Shown here piece after piece: positions 13,558-24,890 of a DNA stretch of 64,000 nt. The position numbers and the translations under genes are program-made. Source of the DNA: Microbotryum violaceum (Eukaryota); assembly GCA_001244265.2 (NCBI GenBank), contig CDLV01000008.1, positions 1,054,001 to 1,118,000 of the forward strand, given 5' to 3'. Numbering within the stretch: the stretch's first letter is position 1; each line of letters begins with the position of its first letter. The notes beneath the pieces are model-generated. The model was given only the letters and a program-made list of their open reading frames with translations. It was not told where the DNA came from and searched no databases.

Positions 13558-15520
13558 ATGCAACTGCTGTCACGCTTTTTTCGGAAACGAAGCGCCGATA
13601 ACACGGACGACATAATGAAGCAGCTGGCAAAGCTATCTGGGGCAAGGCTGCAACAAGCAAAGGTCAGTTACTACGGACTTGCGCCAGTCCTGGCGCCGGG
13701 CAGGAGCTGATGTATGTATCTCGAACCATCCCCTGTCACTAGTCCCTTCCTCAGACGATACCGCTGTGCAAATTCTAATCGATCTCTGGCATTTCTTTGA
13801 CCGGATCTATGTGTCCAAAAAACATGGCGCTGCCAAAGCCTTTGCTCGCGCCTTCTCCGATGCGGTTTTCATCCCGAATGCGGATGATCGACTCCTGATG
13901 GAGGCTCGCCTAGCAAAACTCGGAATGACGTGGGAAGAAGCGGTCCGCTCGCCGGTATGGAATAAGAAGCTTTGGAGACGCGTTCGTCGCTGGATCCCTC
14001 CGCCAGGCATTCTCGAGCCTTTGGTCCGGGAGGTCTTTGAGAAGCTCGGTCGATGCGAAGTCGAAGCAACCACTTTTCAACAAAGCGGCGCACGAGGCAG
14101 CGAAGAGATGTCTTGAGGCGATTCGGAAAGGCCAATTATCGGATCCAGTTGGCATCGAGCTGTACACCGACCTTGGGCCTTGCGGAGGGCCAGATGGAAA
14201 GGCGGATGACGGTGTCCGTTTATATTCCTGCCAGCGCGACACCAACAGTCTCGAAGGAGGCATCCATCGGAACCTTCGCCAACGGGTTCCAAAGTCTGGT
14301 GTTTCTCCGTGCCATGTCAATGCATGCACGGCTGACTACGTGCTAGTGCACAATCTCACGGTCAGTCCAACTCCACCATCGCAATTCGAAGAAGCGGCAA
14401 CCATTCTCACCCATTATCCCTTGTATTCGCAGGTTGGGACGTTTGATCGTACCGGAAAACCATTCGTGGGGCACTACGACCTCTGGCTCACTGTGGAATT
14501 ACATCGTCTGAGGCGCAAAACCTCGGCATTTTTCCCACGGCATTCAACCACCGTGTCAGATATAGTCAACCCGCTGCTCTACACCCCATCCACCGAAACA
14601 TTCAGTATCGTACCTGTTGTTCAGTCGCCAACAGCGCAAATGCGCTTTTTGATCGAGCCCTATCAAGTCGAGCGCGGGACTCTGTGTTTGGAGCCCGTCA
14701 AGTGGTCGCCACGGAACTTGCTGCAAAATAATACGCCGACGATAGGGCATATGAAAAGCCGGCTGCCAACCGATCGCAAGCTTCGCCACGACTGGCCAGC
14801 GGAACGTCAGGGTACTCGATTTGATGTGTTGTATGTCCACACACCCAGCGAACGAGCGCTATACAGAAATCTCTCAAGCAAGGTACGACTGGGAGCTCCT
14901 CAAAATCTTCGGATATTCGAGATTACCGAGCCTTGGAACAAGTATGCCAACGGACTAGACATTTCTTACAAAGTATGTCGCGTCTGTGTCACACTGAATG
15001 GTGATGTTGAGCTGAAGCGCAATCCTCACACAGATGCCAGAGCACATCAATACATGGGCACCGAGATGGTCGTCGCTGGCAAATACTCAAGTCACAATGA
15101 ACATGGGTGGGAACGACGTCATAGTGATTCAAGCTTTGCTTACCGATCCCTCCCGCGGTCGTGATGTTAGCATGCTAGCGGCTAAGCCATTACTCGGTCA
15201 CAAACCGCCTGTCTTGGGGAGGCTTACAGAGGTAGAAGTCGATTTCTCGGATCCTCCAACGTCATCCATCCGCCCCTTTGTTGCAACTGCCTCGAGCGAC
15301 GCTGGTTCGAGCGCGGAGTTGGGCACGAGCAGCGCTTTGACGCGCGCGGGTACCACAAAAGGGGCAAAGCACGTCGATTATGTGGGCAAACTATTTGTCG
15401 ACGCAAGGGGTCAAAACTAAGCGATGACGGATCGGTGACTGAGTGTGACGGGGCGTGCTTGGACTGCGGGAAGCACAGACGAGATGGATCCGAACGACCC
15501 ACAATCATGAAGGTTATGTA
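13558..15520 (+). pseudogene. Truncated, frameshifted DDE-type transposase fragment (DxxH ... TNxxEG architecture, Mutator/ISL3-like signature)
   Basis: Motifs ILIDLWHFFDRI (DxxH), RVRRWIPPP, PLFNK..GQLSDPVGIELY and YSCQRDTNSLEGGIH (candidate catalytic E). Frameshift near 14048; intron-like breaks; N-terminal catalytic part absent. Confidence 0.6.
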
Positions 15521-15642
15521 GAGGACTGACAAGGGCTGAGATGAATGGCCGAGCTTGGCATCAAAAGAAGTGTCACAACTTTGTAGCTGTATAATATCTG
15601 CGTAATATGAAGTATGTTGTCAAAATGACTTGTTCCGTACCA

Positions 15643-16005
15643 CTTCCTCTCTTTCTCCTTTTTCACCTCCCCCTCCCTCTTCTTCTTTCTCCAAGTTCTT
15701 TCTCTTCCCCTCCCTCTTCTCTTTTCCCCCCCCCCCCTTTTTCCCTTTCCCTCTCCTCTTTTTCTTTTTCTTTTCTTTTTCTTTTTCTTTTCTTTTTCTT
15801 TTTCTTTTCTTTTTCTTTTTCTTTTCTTTTTCTTTTTCTTTTTCTTTTTCTTTTTCTTTTCTTTTTCTTTTTCTTTTCTTTTTCTTTTTCTTTCCTCCCC
15901 CTCGCCCCCCCTTTCTTTTTCTTTTTCTTTTTCTTTTTCCTTTTCCTTTTCCTTTTCCTTTTCCTTTTCCTTTTCTTTTTCTTTTCTTTTCCTCTCCTCC
16001 CCCCC
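15643..16005 (+). repeat. ~360-bp almost pure polypyrimidine tract, (CTTTTT)n/(CCTTTT)n microsatellite
   Basis: Directly visible in the sequence. Confidence 0.95.
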
Positions 16006-17812
16006 ACCCGACATGGGAACGGGCCCAATATTCTGATGGCCGCTGTGAAGTAACTAAAACTGAAATCGGCGACTGTCCACAGCAACCATTCTCTTGACAT
16101 CAGCATCGAACTTGGTCTATCTTCGATCGTCGATCCGGCTACGCCGACGCGAGCAAGGCGGGCAGATGAATTAGAATAATTCCGTTGGAACCATTCCGAC
16201 TCACACTTGCAATTCCTGTTGATCGTCCAATCCCACTCAGGCTCCACCTCACGATCCGGGGCACTACTTGGTACTTGAAGCCTGAAGTTCGATCATCGCC
16301 GAATCGTGGTTCGGCCGGCACGGGCGTCGGCAGAGGATGTTTTCTGGGGCGGCTGACTACTGCGCGCCTCCTGGGCAGTAGTGGGCCCGCTTCGGAAACT
16401 AGCGCGTGAAACGTTCCCCGAACCCGACGGACGACAAGCTGGCGGCTCGGGGTTTCTTGAGCCATGCCCTCGACCGAAGAAGCCTTCGGCGGAATTCTTG
16501 GTGACGACATCGAACGAGTGTGTTGGTTGCGAAAGGACTATGGTGGGTAGTGGGTAGGGGGTTAGATTAACCCGTGTGGGTATGTATGGGTATAATAAAT
16601 TTGCCTTGTTTGCCATCCAAAAATCATGCTTGCAAGTCATTTGTTGGTGCTGCCAAAAAAAGTTGGGGGCTCGATAAGCGCGCAAGATCGACTCGAAGTA
16701 GTGTACCTACGATCGGGCATGTGAATGGACCCAAACCTTAGTCGAACGCCCGTGCGTCGCTTTCAATTAGCACAAGCTCAGATGTGCAATGCATTAGCTA
16801 CTGATGGGCGGTGCAATGGCAGGTTCCAGGGAACGTCTTTGGCCTACACGGGGGCGGAGATGGTGGTTTTTCGCATTTTTGGAGGCAAGGGGAAGGGGAG
16901 CGACCCTGATCAAAAAAGATTCCTTGACCTTGATGCTTGCTGATCAACTCGAGCTCGAGCTCGGCAGTCGGTCGATCGGCCGGCCAATCGCGGCGTCTGA
17001 AACAGGGTACTCAGCAGGCACGACGCAAGTGCATGCATCGAACGCCGACGGGCTAGGAAGATAGATTTTTTCGGAGCTGCTACTAGAGCGTGTGGTGTAA
17101 CTCCTGAATTGGAACCTCTTCAGAAGAAGTTGTTCATAGTATCTTGGGGGCTGACACCAGTGGAAAGTCGTGGTGCAGCGTCAGCTATACGCTGGATCGC
17201 CGTCGCCCAATTATTGGCACTGCACCCGCGCTCATGATATGATCAAGAAGTGATTCTGCTCCGAGCCAGTGCTCAGGATGGCCATTGACGGTACACTATG
17301 GGCGGCCGAAGCCTCGAGAAAATTCGAAGTAGGTACGAGAACTGTGACTCGAGCAAGCAAGGTTCCCTGGCTCACCTGTAGCGAGCAGCAAGCTCGAAAG
17401 GTGAAGTCCGGGCGAGCTGACCTGCGCTCGGATTACGTAGGCTGGGTTGCAGCCGGGCGTATGGGCGAGCGCCCAAGCAGGCCCAAAGCAGGCGCAATGG
17501 CAGCTGGCCGTTGACTTAGTCTCACACCCCATCCTGGTCGTCGATTGCACCCACCTTCGTTTCCACACTGGCTCGCGCTTGCACAGCAGCGACACAGTTT
17601 CTGACACGACAGCTCACGACTGACGACCTAGGTGTGCCATTACTCTTAGCTTCACGTGGATAGATAGATAGGATCCGACTGGCAGCTCGGATCGGCTCAG
17701 ACTCGACTCGACTCGAACTAGAGCGCGCGATCGAGTCTCGGGCGGCCGACCCACGACGAGCAGCGTCGAGCAGTGAGCGAGGTAGGAGGGCGTTGTACGG
17801 AGTAGCACGGTG

Positions 17813-20800
17813 ATGCTTGCTCGATCAGGGCGAATCGATTCATTGAATCAGGTCGCGAATGGTCTCACGATGGCCCTAGATGCGCACCCGACCGATCTGA
17901 AGCGGTCCGGGTCTTTGGTGCGACGCCCAGCGCACCAGCAGCACCAGCTGCCGCCGCCGCCCCAGTGCCAGGAGCCCCAGCAGGCCCAGCTCCAGCAACA
18001 GCGGCATCAGCCGTTCCAGCGGTCGTCCGCCGCACTGTCGCCCGTCGCAGGCTCATCGGAAACATCCCCTGCCTCTGCATCGACCCTATCACCCTGGTCC
18101 AATCTGACCCCGTCGACGAGTACCCACGTCTCACCGACGCCGTCGAGCCACTCGAGTTCGACCTCGGTGTCGAGCGCCGGCACCGCGCAGAGGAACTCGG
18201 GCTTTGTCGTCACGTCCCGTGCGCGAGACTATCAGCCTCGGCCAACGAGCAGCTCCGCGCCGCTCGAAGTCGCTGACGGCCACCATGATCCCATCGCATC
18301 GACCTCGGCTTCGACTTCGGACTCGACATATTCGATTACCTCGACCTTGACACCGCCCGCATCGACCTCACGAGCCACGCGCCCGACGGTGACAACCTAC
18401 AACAGCCGCCAGCCCCACCCGTCGCCCATCGGCCGCAAGCCGTCTGACTCGTCATCGAGAAGCGGCCACGGCGACGGCGCGCCTCCGAACCCAAATATCG
18501 TCGCCTCACCCGACTCGAATGCCCCCAAGACGACGCTGCACCTCTCGAGCTCGATTGATGCGCATGGTCGCCGCATGGTCAACCAGTACGTTCGCCTCAA
18601 GACGATCGGCCAAGGCTCGCACGGCAAAGTATGGCTCTGCGCCGAACCGATAGTGCCCGAAGGCGACGAGGACGACGAGAGTGACGATGCCAAGCGTGAC
18701 GAAGACAATGCTTTGTTCGACGAGGACATCGTCGCCGCTGCTGCCCGACGGATGAGCAAGGGCAAGGGTCCTCGAGCTGACCGTTGGGAGCACGAGATCG
18801 AAGCCGGCAACGTCCGCTACTGCGCCATCAAGTCCGTCGCACGCGAAGGGACCGGTCGAGGCAAGAGTTTACGCGCCGCCAAAGGTCGTAGATCGTCCTC
18901 CCAGACGAGTGGTGGTATTGGTGCCGACGACAAGGTCAAGCGCGAGGTCGCCATCATGAAGCAGCTCGATCACCCCAACATCGTTCGCCTCAAGGAGGTC
19001 ATTGATGATGCCAAGAGCAAAAAGGTCTTCATGGGTACGTGTCCGGCGTGTCCAGATGTGTGTCTCGAGTTGTGACGGAAGCTGATCACGCACCTTTCCT
19101 GCACACAGTCCTGGAGTTCATGTCGGGGGGCCAGATCGCGTGGCAAGACGATAACAAACAGCCAACCATGTCTGTCGATGAAGCAAGGCGTACTTTCCGT
19201 GATGTTGTGCTGGGACTCGAATACTGTGAGTGTGCTGGAATCAGTGCCGCTGTGTGACGCATGTCTGACTACCCTGTACGGACTTGCCTCCCAGTGCACT
19301 ACCACGGAATCATCCACCGCGATATCAAGCCAGCGAATCTGCTCTGGAACGACGATCACAGCGTCGTCAAAATCTCGGATTTCGGAGTGTCGCACGTCTC
19401 GGAGGCCCTGCGGAGAGCTTCGCCGGATGCTCAGCAGGATGGGTCGAAAGAGGGCACTCCCAAAGGCGACGACGACAAAGCGCTTCGAAAAACGGCTGGT
19501 AGCCCTGCTTTCTTTGCGCCGGAGCTTTGTCACCCCAGCGATTACACGCCGACGCCGACGGGCAGTGTCTACGAAGCCTCGATAGGCGGCGGTAACTACT
19601 TCCCCTCCGGTGCTCGGGATTCTCCCTCGCTCGCCTCGAATTACGGAGCTGCGTCGACGCCTAGTGGCCAAGTTCCGGTCGAAGTCGAATCAACGGCACC
19701 GAACGGCCTTCCGCTATCCCCTTACCTCATCTCCAAACCCCTACTGCCTCCAGACCCCTCGAGACCGCGTGCTCGCGCCCCGATTGCCCAAGGCATCGAC
19801 GTCTGGGCGCTCGGCGTGACCCTGTACTGCCTGCTCTTCGGCGACACGCCCTTCATGGCCCGTACCGAGTACGAGTTGTACAACATCATCGTCAAAGAGC
19901 CTGTTCAAGTACCGGCAGTGATGGGTGTGGAGAGGGCGTGGTCTGGCGTGGGCCCGGCGTGGGGCAGCGCCGCCGACGGAGTTGAGGGCCGCGAAGCCGT
20001 TGATTTGCTCTCCCGATTGCTCGAAAAGGATCCCAGCAGACGCATCACGCTGCCTGAGGTCAAGGTGAGCCGCGACTCTGGTGACCTCGAAGAGCCTCTA
20101 TATCTTCACACTGACATTTGCATCTGCTCGACGACAGAAACATCCTTGGGTGCTTCGCAATCTCGAGTCGTCGCCGGACTCATGGCTGTACGAGACCGAT
20201 GTCGGCAAGTCCGAATCCGTTGTCGTGACCGAAGAGGATGTGCAGCACGCGACACAAGAACGTGGGGCTTCCGACACGCTGCCTGCAATTCGCAACGGAC
20301 CCGGCATCCGACGTGCCCTCAATGCGGCACTCGTTCGTTTCCCTGGGTTTGCTCGAATGAAGCGGATCGAGCGAACGCCGAATGCGGTACCGAGGTCCCG
20401 TTCCAAGAGCGGTAGTTCGAACAGCCAAAGCATCACCGACGCACCGACGCGAACGCCTTCGCATTCGAGCCGCCACTCCCCCGATGACAACACGACCCGC
20501 AAGAAGACGAGTCTTGACTTCGGCATGGACCTCCGTCGCATGCTTTCACGTGAGGTATCGGTTTCCGGAAGTGGGCGCAGCGCGAGTCCAGCCACTGCGA
20601 ACGGCCGGGGAGGGTGGGGCAATCTCGGAAGACCTCGGCAGGCGTCGGGACAGTCCCTCGAGGGGACGCCGACGACTCCGTCCTCGCCTTTACCCGTCAA
20701 CCAAGCGTTCGTGGACCCCGAGCTCTGTCGCTCGTCATCCACCTCCTCGCTCCGCAACGGTCGCGGCGGATTCTCCTTCCAGCGCCCGAGCGGCCTGCGC

Positions 20801-21772
20801 AAAACCTCGGGGGATCCCGTTGAATCGGCTGCTCCTGCTGCCGCGTCGCACCCTCCTTCTGATCAAGAGTCAAGCGGTCGTCGAACCCTCTCGCGCATGC
20901 TGTCCAAACTCGGCGGAGGCGGTAACAGCAATCGCCGTCTCAGTCGCCAGGCCTCGACCTCAGATGAGGAGGCTGCTGCGCACGGAGTCCACGCTGTCAT
21001 ACTCGAAGGTGCCTCCGCAGAGCGCTTCGGCAATGGAGGCGAAAAGTACGACTCTTTCGGTCGCGTCGTTCGTTCCAGCACCGAAGACGTCACGCCCTCT
21101 TCTAGCCAGAACGTGGCCTCCGAAGCCCATCGAGAGCGAGATGAAGACGACGTGATCGACTTGACCGAGTTCGAATACTCTGAATCGGATGACGACGACG
21201 ATGTTGATGATGATGATGACGATGATGACGACTTCCTTGCATCACCCCTTGCTCAAGCGGACAGCATCACCGGCTGGAGTGGGGACTTTGCCCCTTTTAA
21301 CGTCGAGTGGCCGGGTGACAACGGAACAGCCCGAATGGTTCACGAGGTCGAGGCCAGCGATCATGACGACCAATACGGCATGCGACGAGGCAAGCATAAC
21401 CCTGCCTCTCTGAAGACTATTGCGGACTCTACTCCTCGCGGCTCAATGCACCACGCGCTCTCGTCGAGGGCAGTCGACAACAACTCGGAGCCATCGCCCA
21501 CGCCACCGTCTCTGATACGCCAGCACTCGGCCTCTCCCAGTCGTTCGTTGACCAAGCTCAGCATCGGTACTATGGAGCAACCGAGCCTGCTTCCGGAGGT
21601 TGCGAAAGAACCGAGTGCGCGCGGCTTGTCGGCTGGACCGGTCTTTAGCTCGCGCAAATGGGAAGCCTTTGCCGATGCCGAGGAGGAGGACGACAATGAG
21701 GACGAGGGCATTTTAATGGCTCCTCGTCGCCGTCGTGCTGAGACCATATCAAACACGCCGCCTCTCGCCTAG
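17813..21772 (+). CDS. Ser/Thr protein kinase, CaMKK/Ssp1/Sak1-type; introns ~19035-19108, 19226-19294, 20064-20137
   Basis: Motifs VNQY..IGQGSHGKV, CAIK, KVKREVAIMKQLDHPNIVRLKEVIDD, IIHRDIKPANLL, KISDFGVS, TAGSPAFFAPE and DVWALGVTLYCLLFG. The start could be 17813 or 17870. Confidence 0.88.
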
Positions 21773-22292
21773 AGCAAGGATCAGCCTAACCGAGGACAAG
21801 GCGTCTTTTCGATACCCCCCATCCCTTGCGGCTCTACTCCTCCCACTTCCCCGCTCCACCCACTCCACCCACTCGCGTTGTACCACTATCTGCATATACC
21901 TTCAACCATCATTCATATGTTTGTTGCTTCAGCCCACTCTCGTTCAAAGTCTGGGTCATGAAATATGTCCACCACCTTGAAAGTGTACACACTCGCTCTC
22001 GACACTTCCTTGACCTGTTCCCTCGCTAGTGTGCCTCAATGTTTAGTGACCCTTATTCTGCCTTCTTCTCCTTTCTTTCTGTTCAAATTAGTTGGTCCGT
22101 TCTTTCGACACGCGCAACGCCTCTTACAGGGCCGATGCGGCCCTCATTTTTCTCTGCTCGCGCATCCCTCGCTTGCGGTTTCTGTTTCATAGACCTCATC
22201 CGCAGTCGTTCTCCCGATACAGACGTGTTCATTCGGACGATCTTGGCAAACTCAAAAACGATTGTTGAGCGGGCTCTGATTACAATGCATCG

Positions 22293-23721
22293 TTACCCGG
22301 GAAACGGTCCCTGCTTCTTCCTCACAGCATTCGCGCCATGCATTTTGCGCTTCTTGAAGCCGCTTGCCACCTTGAGCTTGTCCTCTTCCTCTTCGGCAAC
22401 GGAGGGTTTGGCACCATTACCCTCTTCCTGTTTCACCTCCCCTTCAGCTTCCGGAGGTTCCTCGAACTCCAACAACCCCTCATCACCAGCCTCAACTTGA
22501 CTCCACCCATTCCCTCGTTCCAATTTGGCTCTCTTCCTCGTTTTCTCAATCTCCTCCTTGAACATCTTCTTCTCCCTTTCTCTCTCGTCAATCTCTTGCT
22601 GTTCCTTGAGCGTCAGAATCTTACGCTTCAATTTGACGGGTCCGACTTTGCTCGGGTCGTAATCGTCTTCGTCCGTTGCGTAGGCTTTTTCGTTGAGGTA
22701 TTTTGGGGCGGCCTTTGGTTGTTCTTGTTCCGGTTCTTCATGCTCGGCACCTTGTTCGTCTTCTCCTTCTTGTTTGCCCTCGTTCTTTACTTTGACCCCG
22801 TTCGTATACCCAGGCGAATTCTGCATCCACTGGGGAGGAGGAGGAACTACGCGCGCGTTCATCGTAGTCACCCCCGACGTCGTTGACAAAGGTTTCTTCT
22901 TCTTGACGACCTCCCATTGCCCAATGACCCCCTCGGTCTGCCTCGTCTCTTTATCCTTCTCCCTCGCTTCGATCGCAGGATCGACAATGACCGGCTCGTC
23001 TTTGAAGCCTAGGTCTGCGGCGGTCGTATAGGATGCGAAAGGATCGGGGGGACCTGCCGGGGTTGGTTTGGAGGTGGGGGCATGGGGGGTTGAGGAGGTG
23101 CGGTCGCCAAGGTCGAGGGAGGAAGAGCCCATCGCTAATCGTGCGGCCTACGATGTAAGCGCAACACACCAACCTCATCAGCTTCGATCCGAACTCCAAG
23201 CCGAAGACGAAGCCACTCGACTACGGACTTTCTCGATCCTGGCCATCTCGTCGGCCTCCTCCTTTTTCTCCCTCTTCTCCCTCTCGCCACGCTTGTAGAT
23301 CTCCCTGATGTACCGCTCATAATGACCCTTGTGCTTGAGACCGGTTTCGTGGTGAATGCGCGAGGGTTTGTCGTCGGCGATGTAGATGGAACAATATCTG
23401 GGGCACGGACGGAAAGGGTTAGGGGTGATGGAAGGATGGAAGGATGGGGAGGTGTGGGCAGTGAGGAAGGGGACTTGCTTGCACCAGTAGCGGTCTTTGG
23501 AGATCCAGTATTCGGTCCTGGTTGCAGGTTGCAGGTGGTGGGGATGGGGTACGTGTCAGTTCTTGGCCGTGCACGAGAATGTGGATCGACGGCGAGCGTG
23601 ACTGGAGGATAGCGGCCCAGGAAAGTCGGCGCATGAAACTCCAGTCACGCCAGCTGCGGAGTCGAGTCGGATCGAGTCGAGAGGGTCACCTGAGGGCAGT
23701 TCGAACGGAGTGAACTTACAT
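22293..23721 (-). CDS. U1-type (matrin) zinc-finger protein, WBP4/FBP21-like; exons 23721-23720, 23517-23479, 23397-23229, 23147-22293
   Basis: Spliced N-terminus MTEYWISKDRYWCKYCSIYIADDKPSRIHHETGLKHK matches the WBP4/U1-C zinc-finger pattern, followed by a charged coiled-coil tail. Confidence 0.8.
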
Positions 23722-23892
23722 GGTGGCTTAACGACGATGCCCCAGCACTCTCCAGCGTGGTAGGAGGCCAAGCCGAACGGGGATCTTGTGCGCGGGGGGC
23801 CGTTTCCCGAGTCTGAGTGTATGCACTCGTCGTTGTCATCGCCGTCGCCCTCTTCCTTTGTGCAGACGCAGCTGTTCCGTACACCGCGCGGC

Positions 23893-24255
23893 ATGTCGAA
23901 CCTCATCCCGTCCTCATTCCGGAGTACACAATCACAAGCTCCCGTTCGTTCGGGCGACTCTCCCGGCGCACTGGCCTCGACCGAGTGCGAATTTTGTCGT
24001 CTCAGCGGCACCGCGACCTTCGCCTTCGTCAGTCTGTACGCCTTCAATCAGGCTCGCAAACCTATCTATGGACCGCTGGCGAGGATTGTGGCGGTTTTGG
24101 GGGGAACAAGTGCGTTTGCACGGGCTTGACGAGGCGGGCGACGTCATGTGCTGACCCGGCCCATTTTAGGTTTCTTGACCGCTGCGGTGGGGAGATGGAA
24201 TGTCGTTCAGTCGACACCACCGAAACAAGATGAACCAGTTACGTCTCGGCTGTGA
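23893..24255 (+). CDS. Small membrane protein, DUF4536/DMAC1-like; intron 24110-24169
   Basis: ECEFCRLSGTATFAFVSLYAF (CxxCRxxG plus TM). A second hydrophobic segment ..AVLGGTSFLTAAVGRW forms after splicing GTGCGT..TAG. Confidence 0.65.
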
Positions 24256-24890
24256 CGAGTTCGTTCGCTGGGATGCCGCCGAATGGTCAGCATTTTGCAG
24301 TGGATCCGAAACTCGCGTACCGTGCTGGCCAACACGAACGGAGTGTAAAATCGCGGTGCCCAAATCCGCTCGCACTGTCGTGGTCCTCTGCAAGATCGAC
24401 ACTTGGAGAGGTCGAGCCTCTCAACTTCACACTTCAAAAGCACCTTCTGCAAAAAACACTCTTATCGGCGGATTCACCGTCATCATCCGACGTCCGGTCC
24501 CGAACTTTGCGAGATTCGACCGTTCCCGGGCAAGTTTTCGATAAATACAGCCCCTGGCTTGTTTCAAGATCCCAGCTCATCCTCGACGTTGTTGATGAAA
24601 CCCACCGATTACGAACCGAGAGAAACGCTCCAGCCTAGCTGCCTCCATCTCGCACCAGAGCATCGCCGAGACTTCATTTCGTGAGGCTGAGCCCTTCTCG
24701 ACACGTGATCCAATGCAACTAGTACAGCTACAGTGCCGAAATCTGGTACTTGAGAGTGCGCCCACCTCGAACCTTGTCACTGAACTCCGGAGAAGAAGTA
24801 CCCAGTTTGGAAGCAATTCAATAGTATTACAATGTACCGACGAAACCCAAACCCAAACCCATCTACTCGATTCTCAATCGTTGTGTCCCT

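Noticed and set aside
15514-16247. Lys/Glu/Arg-rich and Phe/Ser/Leu-rich ORFs
   Set aside because: These are translations of the (CTTTTT)n microsatellite.
16660-16702. Possible Helitron 3' end (TCGAT..ATCGA hairpin then GTAG|T)
   Set aside because: The hairpin is weak, the end is not CTRR, and no 5' end or RepHel remnant was identified.
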